Assembly (NCBI GenBank): GCA_963793425.1
Contig: CAWCAG010000005.1
Span: 480,001 to 544,000 of the forward strand
DNA from: an uncultured cyanobacterium
Lineage (GTDB): Bacteria; Cyanobacteriota; Cyanobacteriia; Cyanobacteriales; CAWCAG01
Direction: 5' to 3'
Length of the DNA: 64,000 bases
Within the stretch, counting starts at the first letter, position 1, and each line of letters begins with the position of its first letter. Both the position numbers and the translations under genes were made by a program. Shown piece after piece: positions 31,584-42,600 of the stretch. The notes beneath the pieces are model-generated. The model did no database searches, was not told where the DNA came from, and was given only the letters and a program-made list of their open reading frames with translations.

Positions 31584-32468
31584 TCAACATCTAACTAATT
31601 TTGTCAATTGAACTACTACATCATCAATAGCCCTCAACATCGTATCTCCAGACTGTCCTGGTTGATTAATTAAAATACTAAACACAATCCGACCATATTC
31701 AGGATGTTCTAAATAACCAGACAAAGCCCTTACCCCCCTTAATGTACCAGTTTTTGCTCGTACATTGCCTTGCGCTGCTGTATTGCGAAATCTTCGGCGT
31801 AAAGTGCCACTTACTCCCCCAACAGGTAAGGATTGATAAAATATATCACTACCTTTTGCCCTAGTCATAGCTTGTAGTAAGTCTACTAAAGCATCAGGGC
31901 TAATGGAATTACTTCTCGATAAACCAGATCCGTCTGCTTGGCTAAAACCATTGGGGTTAACTCCCAATTGAGTTAAAGATTGTTTTGCCGCTGTTGCCCC
32001 GCCAATGAAACGTAACAGTATCTCTGCATAATTATTATTACTATCACGATTGGTTGTAGTTACCCAGCTTGTTAGGGATGAACTACGAATGCGTGCTGAG
32101 TCAATATCTAACCTTTGCAAAGCAGCCGCAGTGGTAAGTAACTTAGTATTAGAAGCGGGAATAAGCCGCGTCGTCGGATTCTTACCGTAGATAACTTGTC
32201 CATCCAATGACTCAACCAAAATTCCCCACTTAGCAGTCCTAAAAGCAGGAGTATCAACAATGGCATCAATGAAAAAATCCATTGAAGCAGGACAAACACC
32301 ATCGCTTAGTTGCTCCGGTGGTGGTACATAAATATCTATGGGTTCAAAGTTTGGCGGCGGTAAAGTTGCAATTTCTTGGGCAACGCCTGCTTTAAATAGT
32401 AGAGGATTGAAGGTTGTGATTGCGCTTAAAGCAAGGATCGTTAAGGATTTTAGCCAGGGTTGTTTCAT
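31584..32468 (-). CDS. dacB: D-alanyl-D-alanine carboxypeptidase/endopeptidase (PBP4, peptidase S13), short form
   Basis: PASNTK (SxxK), SNN (SxN), DGSGLSR, AKTGTL (KTG). Confidence 0.9.
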   Translation of the reverse strand: MKQPWLKSLTILALSAITTFNPLLFKAGVAQEIATLPPPNFEPIDIYVPPPEQLSDGVCPASMDFFIDAIVDTPAFRTAKWGILVESLDGQVIYGKNPTTRLIPASNTKLLTTAAALQRLDIDSARIRSSSLTSWVTTTNRDSNNNYAEILLRFIGGATAAKQSLTQLGVNPNGFSQADGSGLSRSNSISPDALVDLLQAMTRAKGSDIFYQSLPVGGVSGTLRRRFRNTAAQGNVRAKTGTLRGVRALSGYLEHPEYGRIVFSILINQPGQSGDTMLRAIDDVVVQLTKLVRC

Positions 32469-32618
32469 GCTTAATATTTAGACTACTTCGGTGACAATAG
32501 CTAGATGGCTAACGAGGTTAACCCAATCTCCGCTATGATTTTTTTTGTCTCTAACTCAAAACTACGGTTATCTTAGACGATAATCTGTTCAGAAAGTTGT
32601 TAGTTATAATTGATTGCT

Positions 32619-32674
32619 TTTTTCTTCCTTGAGGTGATATTATGTATATGGTGGAAAAGGTGCGCTCTTGAAAA
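32619..32674 (+). repeat. Dispersed 56-bp repeat (copy 2), promoter-like, upstream of an RND gene
   Basis: 49/56 identical to 21364-21419. Confidence 0.75.
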
Positions 32675-32849
32675 GCCTTTTTCAACAAGAATTTTAGTTA
32701 AATTTGCAATAAATCTGCTCTAGTCACAATCATTGACTAATAGTTGCGTAGTGAAAGCTATGTTGGATGCTTATTGTCTTTGAAAATTAAAAGCAGTGAA
32801 TATTACTTGGTGAGTGGTAAACTATCTTAATTTGTCACAAATGTGATTA

Positions 32850-35519
32850 ATGGCTAAATCTTCTTGGCGGCAACGTTTGAACATATCGCGGTTAGCGATT
32901 AAGTACTCTTGGTTAACGGTTTGTTTCTGGTTAGCCGTTACAGTGGCGGGGCTTTTCGCTTTTAGCTCCCTGAAATATGCCCTGTTTCCTGATATTACTT
33001 TTCCTGTTGTGGCGATTAATGCTACTTTGCCTTCACAAACGGCTTTAGATACGGAAAAAGAATTAACTATTCCCATTGAAAAACAGTTACAATCTTTACC
33101 AGGTTTAGATGATATTCGTTCTTCTAGTTATCCAGGGCAAGCGGCTATTACCGTTTCTTTTGATGTTGGCACTAACTTAGAATCTTCTACCACCGAAGTA
33201 GAAACTGCTTTAGAAAAAGCTGAGTTACCGAAAAAAGCAACTTTTCAAGTTATTCCCTTAAACTTAAATGAATCTCCGGTTATTAGTTATGCCATCAAGA
33301 GTGAAGAAACTAAACTTGAGGAATTAATTGATGTAGCAGAAGCAGAAATAATTCCTCCCTTAGCTAAATTAGCTGGGGTTTTGCGAGTGGATTTTTTAGG
33401 TACTGCAACCACTCCAAAAACGGACTCAGTAACTCAGAATCAGTCTACTCTGGTACGTTTTAATGGCGAAGATGCTTTAGCTTTTCAAGTCATTAAAAAA
33501 GGCAATGCGAATACCTTAGAAGTAGTAAATCGGGTAGAAAAGGAAGTTAAAAAATTACAAAAAGACTTACCGGAAATACAACTAGTTTTAGCAGCAACTC
33601 AAGCTGATTATATTCAAGAAGCAACCCAATCCACTATTGAAGCCTTGGTTTTAGCCATTGTACTGGCGGTTTTAGTTATTTTTGTCTTCTTACGTAACTG
33701 GCGGGCAACCTTAATTACCGCCTTAGCCATTCCTATCTCGTTGTTGGGAACTTTCATAGTCATGGCAGTAGCAGGGTTTAACCTGGAAACTATCACCCTA
33801 CTTGCCTTAGCTTTGGTAATTGGCATCATTGTCGATGATGCCATTGTCGAAGTGGAAAACATCATTCGCCACATTGAAGAAGGGCAAACCCCCCAAGAAG
33901 CTGCCTTAACTGCCACCAGAGAAATTGGTTTAACGGTTTCTGCTTCCACAATCACCATCGTAGCAGTATTCTTACCCGTTGCTTTAATGGGGGGAACAGT
34001 AGGGCAGTTTTTTAAACCCTTTGGTTTAACAGTCTCTGCTGCTGTTATCACTTCCTTGCTAATTGCCCGTACCCTTTCTCCCGTTTTAGGAGTTTATTGG
34101 TTAAGAAGGAAGCAGGGAGTAGGAAGCGGGGAGCAGATTTCTCCGTCAACTGGATTTAATCTTAATAGGTACTATCGCAACTTGCTTAGTTGGTCATTGT
34201 GCCATCGCTCTATTGTAATCGGTTTAGCAATTGTTAGTTTTATAGCCGGGGTTGCCTTAATTCCTTTAATTCCCAAAGGATTTATCCCGAAATTAGATCG
34301 GGGAGAATTTAATGTTACTTACATTGCACCTTTACCGCAATTGGATAGCAGGGAGGTGAGTGAAGGTGAAAACATTGCAAACCAAAATAGAGAAGATAAT
34401 GCTGCAAACCTTTCTCCTGAAGAGGGAATGAAGCTTTTATTAACAGATTCCCTCAAAACAGCTAAGAAATTAGAAACAGAAATTTTAGCGAATCCTAACG
34501 TTGCTTCTGTTTTTACCATCAGTGGCGATCGCGGCGAACCGAATCGAGGTAAACTCTATGTCAAATTAAAAGGCAACCGCCAACTTAACACCTCCCAAGT
34601 ACAAAAACAACTCCGGGCTGACTTACCTACCCTCAAAGGAGTAACCACCAGCGTTGAAGATATTCAGTTTGTAGAATTAGCAAGTACCAAACCCTTGCAA
34701 GTCGCTTTATTAGGAGACAAAGTACAAGCCCTACAAAGCAAAGCCACCGAACTTAAAAAACGCCTCCAGAAACTACCAGGATTTGAAGATATTACCGCCA
34801 CAGGAGACGAAGAAGAAACGGCAAGTAAGGGAGTTAGGGAACGCCTCAACGGCAAACAGGTTGCCTATCTGAGTGCTAACTTAGGAGAAGAATTAGCGTT
34901 AGGGGATGCCACCGAAAAAGTAGTGGCAATCGCCGATAATATTTTACCTGCCAACATCACCTTAGACTTAAAAGGAGATGCAGGAGTTAGTAATCATGTC
35001 CTCACTAGCTTTGCTGGCACTTTGACCCTTTCTGTTGCCTCCATGCTAGGGGTGTTACTCCTCTTATTTGGCAGATTGTTAGAACCATTAGTGGTAGGTT
35101 TATCTTTACCCCTCGCTATTGTGGGGGCAATGTTAGCTTTACTAATCACCCAAAGCGACTTTGGTATGATTTCTTTGATCGGGCTAATCTTCCTTTTAGG
35201 TTTACTGGATAAAAATGCCTTGTTGTTAATGGATTATGCCAACCAGTTACGTAAAGCTGGCTTAGATCGTACCGAAGCAATTCTGCAAACCGGAGTTATT
35301 CGCCTCCGCCCCATTCTTATGACAACTGCTTCCACTATTTTAGGCATGATGCCCATTGCTTTTGGTTTGGGGGCTGGGGCAGAATTGAGGCAACCAATGG
35401 CTGTGGCGATTATTGGTGGTTTGTTTACTTCTACTCTGTTGAGTTTAATTGTTGTCCCTGTACTTTATAGTTTGTTGGAGGATTGGTGGCTAAAAATTAC
35501 TAATATTGGTTTGAAGTAA
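32850..35519 (+). CDS. AcrB/AcrD/AcrF-family RND permease (short, 889 aa)
   Basis: GIIVDDAIVEVENI, RLRPILMT, MAVAIIGGL motifs; multiple TM helices. Confidence 0.93.
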   Translation: MAKSSWRQRLNISRLAIKYSWLTVCFWLAVTVAGLFAFSSLKYALFPDITFPVVAINATLPSQTALDTEKELTIPIEKQLQSLPGLDDIRSSSYPGQAAITVSFDVGTNLESSTTEVETALEKAELPKKATFQVIPLNLNESPVISYAIKSEETKLEELIDVAEAEIIPPLAKLAGVLRVDFLGTATTPKTDSVTQNQSTLVRFNGEDALAFQVIKKGNANTLEVVNRVEKEVKKLQKDLPEIQLVLAATQADYIQEATQSTIEALVLAIVLAVLVIFVFLRNWRATLITALAIPISLLGTFIVMAVAGFNLETITLLALALVIGIIVDDAIVEVENIIRHIEEGQTPQEAALTATREIGLTVSASTITIVAVFLPVALMGGTVGQFFKPFGLTVSAAVITSLLIARTLSPVLGVYWLRRKQGVGSGEQISPSTGFNLNRYYRNLLSWSLCHRSIVIGLAIVSFIAGVALIPLIPKGFIPKLDRGEFNVTYIAPLPQLDSREVSEGENIANQNREDNAANLSPEEGMKLLLTDSLKTAKKLETEILANPNVASVFTISGDRGEPNRGKLYVKLKGNRQLNTSQVQKQLRADLPTLKGVTTSVEDIQFVELASTKPLQVALLGDKVQALQSKATELKKRLQKLPGFEDITATGDEEETASKGVRERLNGKQVAYLSANLGEELALGDATEKVVAIADNILPANITLDLKGDAGVSNHVLTSFAGTLTLSVASMLGVLLLLFGRLLEPLVVGLSLPLAIVGAMLALLITQSDFGMISLIGLIFLLGLLDKNALLLMDYANQLRKAGLDRTEAILQTGVIRLRPILMTTASTILGMMPIAFGLGAGAELRQPMAVAIIGGLFTSTLLSLIVVPVLYSLLEDWWLKITNIGLK

Positions 35520-35540
35520 GTTATTATCAAATCTCTCTGC

Positions 35541-35660
35541 AAGGGCAGGTTTTTATATATCCCTGTCGTTGTTGAATAATTGTGTAAGGGTGGGTTTTTA
35601 TACATCTCTGTCGTTGCCAAATATCTAAACAAACCCGCCCCTACGAAACCTGTCCCTACG
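35541..35660. repeat. REP cluster left of the RAYT gene
   Basis: AGGGTGGGTTTT...AAACCCGCCCCTAC (35587-35645) nested inside AGGGCAGGTTT...AAACCTGTCCCTAC. Confidence 0.8.
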
Positions 35661-35686
35661 TTAATCTGTGTCATTTAGGATAACAA

Positions 35687-36271
35687 ATGCAATACAATCC
35701 TAACATTTATCATCGGCGTTCTATTCGCTTAGTTGGATTTGATTATACAAAGCCAGGGGCATATTTTGTCACCGTTTGTATTCGGCAACGTGAATGTTTG
35801 TTAGGAAAATGCCAGGATAATCAAGTACAGTTAAGTCGTTATGGTGAAGTAGTAAAATTTAACTGGCTTAATTTAACAAATGTCTATCCTCACGTGGCAT
35901 TAGATGCTTTTATTATTATGCCTAATCATATTCATGGGATTATTATCTTAAAAGATTGTCCAGAAAATAAATTAGAAACTAAAGAGAAACAGACTGGATT
36001 ATCAGAAGTTATCTGTAGTTTAAAAAGATTCTCTGCACGCCGCATCAATCAACTTCACAATATTAAAGGCATTTCTGTGTGGCAACGTGGTTATTATGAA
36101 CATATTATCCGTAATGAGCGATCGCTAAATAATATTAGAGAATATATTGTCAACAATCCCGTAAATTGGCAAGAGGATGAAATGCACCCTTCACAATCTT
36201 TTCTAGGGGCTAAAAAACTCAATGTTCAATTAAATAACAATGACGAATTACCAATAAATTTACAAAAATAA
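35687..36271 (+). mobile_element. REP-associated tyrosine transposase (RAYT, IS200-like Y1)
   Basis: RRSIRL..FDY...YFVTVC, HUH motif MPNHIHG, WQRGYYEHIIR, IREYIVNNP. Confidence 0.92.
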
Positions 36272-36285
36272 CCTTTCCAAACACC

Positions 36286-36344
36286 CGTAGGGGCGGGTTT
36301 ACTTGGATGTTTGGCAATAGCAGAGATATTGAAAAACCCGCCCT
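36286..36344. repeat. REP right of the RAYT gene (inverted copy of the left REP)
   Basis: CGTAGGGGCGGGTTT...AAAAACCCGCCCT; reverse-complement similar to 35587-35645. Confidence 0.8.
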
Positions 36345-36370
36345 AACATCGGTATCTGGCTTACACTACG

Positions 36371-37294
36371 TTAATTTTCAACCTTCAATCGCCTTTCCAT
36401 CAAAGCTTGCACTGCTTCTTGAGGAGTTGTCTTACTTTTGAGTAGCTGATCAACTTGTTGGGCAATTGGTACAGAAAGTTGTTCTTGTTTAGCAATTTTA
36501 ATTAAAACTTGGGTAGTATTAACCCCTTCTGCTGTCCCTTCTAAATCCTCTAAAATTTGCTTTAAAGTTTGACCTTTCCCCAATCTGTAACCCACTTGAT
36601 AGTTGCGAGAAAGGGGACTATTGCAAGTAGCGAGTAAATCTCCTAAACCAGATAAACCGAAAAAAGTTTCTACCTTTGCCCCTAACTGGCTGCCAACACG
36701 AATCATTTCTGGTAAGGCACGAGTTAATAAGCCTGATTTCGCGTTTGTTCCTAATTCTAAACCATCGCAAACTCCTGCTGCGATCGCCATAACATTTTTC
36801 AATGTTCCTCCCAATTCTGTCCCTAGAGGATCATCGTTGATGTAAACCCGAAAGTTTTCTGAAGAGTAAAGCTGTTGTACTGTTTTTGCTGCCTCTAAGT
36901 TGCTGCTAGCTACCACTGTTGCTGCGGGTAAACCTTTTTGAATTTCTTTAGAAAGATTCGGACCAGATAACACGGCTACGGTATGATTAGGAAAGGCTGC
37001 TTGCCAAATCTGCGAAGGTGTAAGAGTTGTTGCGAAATCTAATCCTTTAGTGGCGGTGACAATAATTGTGTTTTCAGGTAAATTGCTTGCTGCAACCCTT
37101 TCTATGGTTGGTAATACCCCTGCCATAGAGACGGCAGAAACTATTACCTCTGCGGCTAAAGCCTCTGATAAATTCACCTCATTACTGCGCGACCAAAGAT
37201 GAACTTGGTGATTGTTGCGACTAGCTAAAGTTCCTAATGCTGTTCCCCAAACTCCCTTACCCAAAACTGTTAAAGTCTTCTTTGCATTTATCAT
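36371..37294 (-). CDS. gpsA: NAD(P)H-dependent glycerol-3-phosphate dehydrogenase
   Basis: GKGVWGTALG, ATKGL, SGPNL, GGTLKNV, GLGDLLATC, SRNY. Confidence 0.96.
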   Translation of the reverse strand: MINAKKTLTVLGKGVWGTALGTLASRNNHQVHLWSRSNEVNLSEALAAEVIVSAVSMAGVLPTIERVAASNLPENTIIVTATKGLDFATTLTPSQIWQAAFPNHTVAVLSGPNLSKEIQKGLPAATVVASSNLEAAKTVQQLYSSENFRVYINDDPLGTELGGTLKNVMAIAAGVCDGLELGTNAKSGLLTRALPEMIRVGSQLGAKVETFFGLSGLGDLLATCNSPLSRNYQVGYRLGKGQTLKQILEDLEGTAEGVNTTQVLIKIAKQEQLSVPIAQQVDQLLKSKTTPQEAVQALMERRLKVEN

Positions 37295-37505
37295 TTATCA
37301 TTGGCTCTGATAGCGATTTTTTAGAGCGCAGCTTTTCCACCATATACATAATATCACCTCAAGGGAGAATAAAAAAGCTTTTTTCGCCCTACCCAACTAT
37401 TTATCAACAAATCATTGAGGTTTTGCGATACCAAATCCTACTCTTTACTCCCTACTCCCTGCCCTCACAAACAACCTGTGCCACTAAACATGGTTTTGGG
37501 TGTGA

Positions 37506-38135
37506 CTAATGCTCAGAGCGTAAGGCTGGTGCTAAGAAAGCAACCAACTTCGACACAGTAGTTTTGATAGTTTTGGGGGAATCATCTTGAATCAGAGCAT
37601 GAGGTTTTTTTGCTTCAGTCAACACCCGTAATAAAACAGCAATGATTAGATCGAGTTTCCAGGTAAGTTCCTGGCGAGAAAGATTAGGAAGGGAGCGCCC
37701 CAATGCGTCTAGATAAGCTTCTTGACTCCCTCGAAACTCTCGATCAGCAACTTCTCGAATTGAATCGGGTTCAAGGCGGCAACGTCCCATAAATCGAGCG
37801 CAATTCAGGCTGCGATCGCCACTATCGAGAATAACTTCAAGAGCAGGAGTCAAAAATGTTTCTAAAATAGCTTCAACCCTAAGAGGATCATTTTGGGCTT
37901 CACACTTTGCCAATCTTTTTAGTTGCTCCTTGACTAATGGTTGGGCAATTCGTGCTACAACTGCATGAAATAATTCTTCTTTGGAACCAAAGTGATAATG
38001 AACCGCAGACAAGTTAACATCCGCTTTGCGGATCACGCTTCGCAGTGATGTACCAGCAAAACCATTTTCGGCGAATAGCTGTTCGGCAACATTAAGAATC
38101 TGTTCTTTGGTATCAATGGAAGAAGTTGAGGTCAT
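37506..38135 (-). CDS. TetR/AcrR-family transcriptional regulator (PsrA-like)
   Basis: ILNVAEQLFAENGFAGTSLRSV...AVHYHFGSKEEL HTH; divergent from the efflux genes. Confidence 0.95.
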   Translation of the reverse strand: MTSTSSIDTKEQILNVAEQLFAENGFAGTSLRSVIRKADVNLSAVHYHFGSKEELFHAVVARIAQPLVKEQLKRLAKCEAQNDPLRVEAILETFLTPALEVILDSGDRSLNCARFMGRCRLEPDSIREVADREFRGSQEAYLDALGRSLPNLSRQELTWKLDLIIAVLLRVLTEAKKPHALIQDDSPKTIKTTVSKLVAFLAPALRSEH

Positions 38136-38182
38136 AAGCTTAAATGAAATTTTGAGGATTTACCCGAAAAAACTTGCTATTA

Positions 38183-38311
38183 TTTCAAACGTTTGTTTTA
38201 ATAACTTTAAGGGCTACAAATTCTAAATATTTTTACACTCTCTATCAAAAGAGGAGATAACTCAACATTCTAGTTGCTGGATATATTAACATTTTTCAAA
38301 CATTTGTTTTA
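38183..38311. promoter_or_regulatory. Two candidate TetR operators
   Basis: TTTCAAACGTTTGTTTTA (38183-38200) and TTTCAAACATTTGTTTTA (38294-38311), near-palindromic CAAAC-N4-GTTT. Confidence 0.7.
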
Positions 38312-38328
38312 TTCAGAATTTTGATATT

Positions 38329-39672
38329 ATGACTTCTAAAGAAATATCCGAGGCAAATTCCCCTTATCCATCTTCATTAGAATTCCCCGAACACTTACAG
38401 AAGAAACGAGGTAAATACTTTTATCTACTATTCGGAATTGCTGGTGTCGGACTAATACTCATCTTTGCTCGTCCGCTACTAACTCCAACATCAGATAGTC
38501 CTCCTGAAGCGACAACTAAGGTTCTACCTGTAGAAACAATAGAGGTTAAACCTGTTGATTCTTATCAGATATCACGGGCTTATACAGGAGAAATTTCTGC
38601 TTCAAGGACAAGCAATTTAGGATTCTCTCGTGGTGGTGACATAGAACAGGTTTTAGTTAAAGAAGGCGATCCTATCACCAAAGGACAATCCTTAGCTAAG
38701 TTAGATATTCGTAACCTGCAAACCCAACGCCAGCAACTGGTAGCAGAAAAAGCCCGTGCCGAAGCACAATTGGTTGAACTACAAAGAGGTGCGCGTCAAG
38801 AAGACATTGATGCAGCCCAAGCAGGAGTGACAGAAATAGAACAGCAGCTTAAGCTGCAAGAAACGCAACTACAAAGAAGGGAATTTTTATATAACGAAGG
38901 GGCAATCTCAAAAGAAGAATTAGATGAGTTTTCTTTTGGCAAAGGCTCATTACAAGCCAAATTAAATCAAGCACGTAGCAGGCTTGCAGAACTACAAAAT
39001 GGTACAAGGTGGGAACAAGTAGCAGCACAACAGGCAACATTGCAGCAACTAGAAGCCCGTATTGCAGATGTTGATGTAAACATTGATAAAAGTACCCTCA
39101 AAGCCCCATTTAATGGCATTGTGGCAACGCGAGAATTAGATGAAGGAACTGTGGCTGATGCAGGGCAACCAATCCTGCGTTTAATGGAGAATACTGCCCC
39201 TGAAGCGCGGGTGGGGATACCCAATCAAGTGGCAAATAAGTTAGCTGTCGGTAGTTCTCAAAACCTCAAACTTGGCTCCCAAACTTATGAAGCAACCGTA
39301 GCCTCTATCCTCCCGGAAGTGAATTCTAACACTCGCACTCAGACAGTTGTCTTTAATTTAGACCCTGCTACGATTAACACAATAAATCCTGGTCAAACCG
39401 TGAGGCTGGAACTAGTAGAAGACATTAAGACTGAAGGTTATTGGCTACCAACAGAGGCTTTAACTCAAGGCATTAGAGGACTTTGGACTTGCTATGTTTT
39501 ATCTGAGTCAGAAGAGACAGAAAACTATCAAGTTAAACAACATTCCGTAGAAATTATTTATCAACAAGGGGATCGCGCTTTGGTTAGAGGCACATTACAA
39601 CCAGGGGATGAGGTTGTGGCCAATGGTACACATCGTCTTGTACCAGGACAGCAGGTTAAGACTCAGAAGTGA
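38329..39672 (+). CDS. RND efflux periplasmic adaptor (membrane fusion protein)
   Basis: N-terminal TM anchor, lipoyl halves VLVKEGD...LAKLD and LKAPFNG, long coiled coil. Confidence 0.94.
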   Translation: MTSKEISEANSPYPSSLEFPEHLQKKRGKYFYLLFGIAGVGLILIFARPLLTPTSDSPPEATTKVLPVETIEVKPVDSYQISRAYTGEISASRTSNLGFSRGGDIEQVLVKEGDPITKGQSLAKLDIRNLQTQRQQLVAEKARAEAQLVELQRGARQEDIDAAQAGVTEIEQQLKLQETQLQRREFLYNEGAISKEELDEFSFGKGSLQAKLNQARSRLAELQNGTRWEQVAAQQATLQQLEARIADVDVNIDKSTLKAPFNGIVATRELDEGTVADAGQPILRLMENTAPEARVGIPNQVANKLAVGSSQNLKLGSQTYEATVASILPEVNSNTRTQTVVFNLDPATINTINPGQTVRLELVEDIKTEGYWLPTEALTQGIRGLWTCYVLSESEETENYQVKQHSVEIIYQQGDRALVRGTLQPGDEVVANGTHRLVPGQQVKTQK

Positions 39673-39687
39673 TTCAGGATTGAAAAG

Positions 39688-42600
39688 ATGATGGTTAAAC
39701 CGTTTTATCGCAACATACGTTTATTAATTCTGACATTTATCCTCATAATAGCCTGGGGTATCTTATCTTTCCAATCTTTGCCGCAACAAGAAGATCCTGA
39801 ATTGGTTTCGCGAGTAGCTGTGGTTAAAACAGCTTTTCCTGGTGCGAGTGCAGAGCGAGTTGAAGCACTGGTTACGGAAGCTTTGGAGGGGGAAATTACT
39901 GAGATTGAAGAAATTGATACCCTACAATCCGATTCGCGGGTAGGATTTTCTACTGTAACGATAGAGTTAGTAGATTCCGTGGCTAATGCTCAGCTAATCT
40001 GGTCTAAAGTTAGGGATAAAATTAATGATGCTTCTGCTTTTTTTCCTCCTGGTGCAGGAGTCCCTGAATTAGAAGAAGTAAAAATCAAAGCTTATACGGC
40101 GATCGCTTCTTTAACTTGGAATCAACCAAGTGAGCCTAACTATTCTGTGTTACGACGCTATGCAGAGCAGTTAGAAGTAGCAATGCGGGGGGTGGAAGGA
40201 ACAGAAGAGGCAAAAAGTTTCGGCGCTCCTAATGAAGAAATTACCGTAGAAATCAACGCTCCAGATTTAGTGACGGTGGGGCTTTCCCCCCAAGAATTAG
40301 CTGAGCAAATTAATTTTAGTGATGCTAAAGTAACGGCGGGACAGTTTCGTAGCGATCGCTCTAATATTGCCATTGAGGTAGATAGTGAATTAGCGACCAT
40401 CGAAAGAATTAGACAAATACCGATTCAAAGTAATGCTGGACAATTTACTCGCCTGAGCGATATTGCTCAAGTCAATCGTACTATTCTACAGCCTCCTACG
40501 AATCTGGCTCTGGTTAGTGGCAAACCGGCGATAGTTGTGGGGATAATCATCAAGTCGGGATTGAAAATTGGCCAGTGGACTGAGGATGTAAAAGCGGAAA
40601 TAGCCAGGTTTGAAGCTGGTTTACCCCAGGGAGTTAGCTTAGATTTAATTTTTGACCAAAGTGAATATGTAGAGGCTCGCATCGGCTCGTTAATTTCTAA
40701 CTTAGTTGTGGGTGCGTTGTTGGTAGTGGGTGTCAACTTAGTTTCAATGGGTTGGCGTTCGTCTTTAGTTGTGGGTGTGGCTTTGCCTCTAACTACCTGT
40801 ATGGTGTTTGGCTGGATGAGTTTGCTTAATATTCCCATCCATCAAATGTCGGTGACGGGGTTAATTATTGCCCTGGGTTTACTTATTGATAATGCTATTG
40901 TCGTTGTCGATGAAATTCAGGTGGAAATGCAACATGGAGCAAAACCTTTAGAAGCTTTGCTTAAAACGGTAAATTATCTCAAGGTACCTCTGTTTGCCTC
41001 TACTATAACAACGGTGCTAACTTTTTTACCGATTGTCTTACTTCCCGGCGCGGCGGGGGAGTTTGTGAGGTCAATTGCTTTGAGTGTGATTATGGCTTTG
41101 ATTTCATCTTTGGCACTCTCCTTGACGGTAATTGCTTCCTTAGCTGCGCGGATGTTGGCTAGAAGTCCGGAAGAAGCTGAACAGCTAAAATTTAAAAAGA
41201 CCCAGCCTCAGAAGATCATTCAAAAAATCAAAACCTTTCTTTCCCGACCTGAAGCTTGGTGGAATCAGGGTTTTACCTCTCGATCATTAGCTCGTCCCTA
41301 TCGTCAATCCCTAAAATTTACGGCTTCTAAACCACTACTAGCTATTGCTCTTACTTTCTGTATTCCTTTAATTGGTTTTATTAGCGCCAAAACTTTAGAC
41401 AATCAGTTTTTTCCTTCGGTATCTAGAGATCAGTTTCAAATTGAGGTGGAATTTGCTTCCTCAACTGCTATCGCTGAGACTGAGGCAAAAATGTTGCAAG
41501 GGCGAGAGATTATTTTAGCAAACCCCCTCGTTAAAGATGTTCACTGGTTTATGGGAGAAAGTGCGCCCAAATTCTACTATAACTTTACCGGCAACAGACA
41601 AAATCAGTCAAATTATGCTCAGGCAATGGTGCAGTTGAATACTGACCAAGACCTTGAAGCTATTGTACAAGAGTTGCAAAATGAATTAGATGTTCAATTT
41701 CCCTCAGCCCGAATCTTAGTCAGACAGCTACAGCAAGGGCCTCCCTATGATGCTCCTGTGGAAATGCGAATTTTTGGCCCTAACTTAGCAGAGTTAAGAC
41801 GCTTGGGTATGGAGGTAAGAGGGATCTTAGCTACTGTACCGGATGTGATTCATGTCCGGGATGACTTGACTGAAGCTTTACCCAAATTAGGGTTGTCGGT
41901 GGATGAGGAACAAGCAAAACAGGCTGGTTTAACTAATACCGCCATTGCCCAACAGTTGGAGGCTTATTTGGAAGGTGCAATTGGTGGCTCAATTCTAGAA
42001 GCAACGGAGAATCTACCAGTGCGAGTTAGGGTAAGTAATGTAGACCGTGCAGATTTGAGTCAAATTGCTTCAATAGATTTAAGTGCTAAGGGTGGCGGGA
42101 ATAGTGACTTTGTTTCTACATCAGCTTTAGGAGAGTTTAATCTCACACCAGAATTAGCAAATATCGCTCGCTACAATGAGCAACGAGTTAATACTGTTCA
42201 GGGATACATCACAGCCGGGGTTTTACCGGCTGCTGTCTTAGCTAAGTTTCAAGCAGAGTTAGCAGCAAACAAATTTCAACTACCTTCAGGTTATCGTTAT
42301 GAGTTTGGTGGAGAACAAGAACAAAGCAGCCAAGCACAGGGGAATTTAGCTCAATATGTACCTTTGTTGCTAGTTGTGATGATAACAGCTCTGGTGCTAT
42401 CTCTCGGTTCTTTTCGTCAGGCGGGGATTGTAGGAGGGGTTGCTGTTGGTTGTATTGGTACAGCTTTGTTTTCTCTTAAGGTGGCCAGTGCGCCTTTGGG
42501 GTTTATGGCAATTATCGGTATCATGGGTTTGGTCGGCATTGCTATCAACGACACAGTGATTGTCCTCTCTGCTTTGAATGAACATCCCCAAGCTAGAGAA

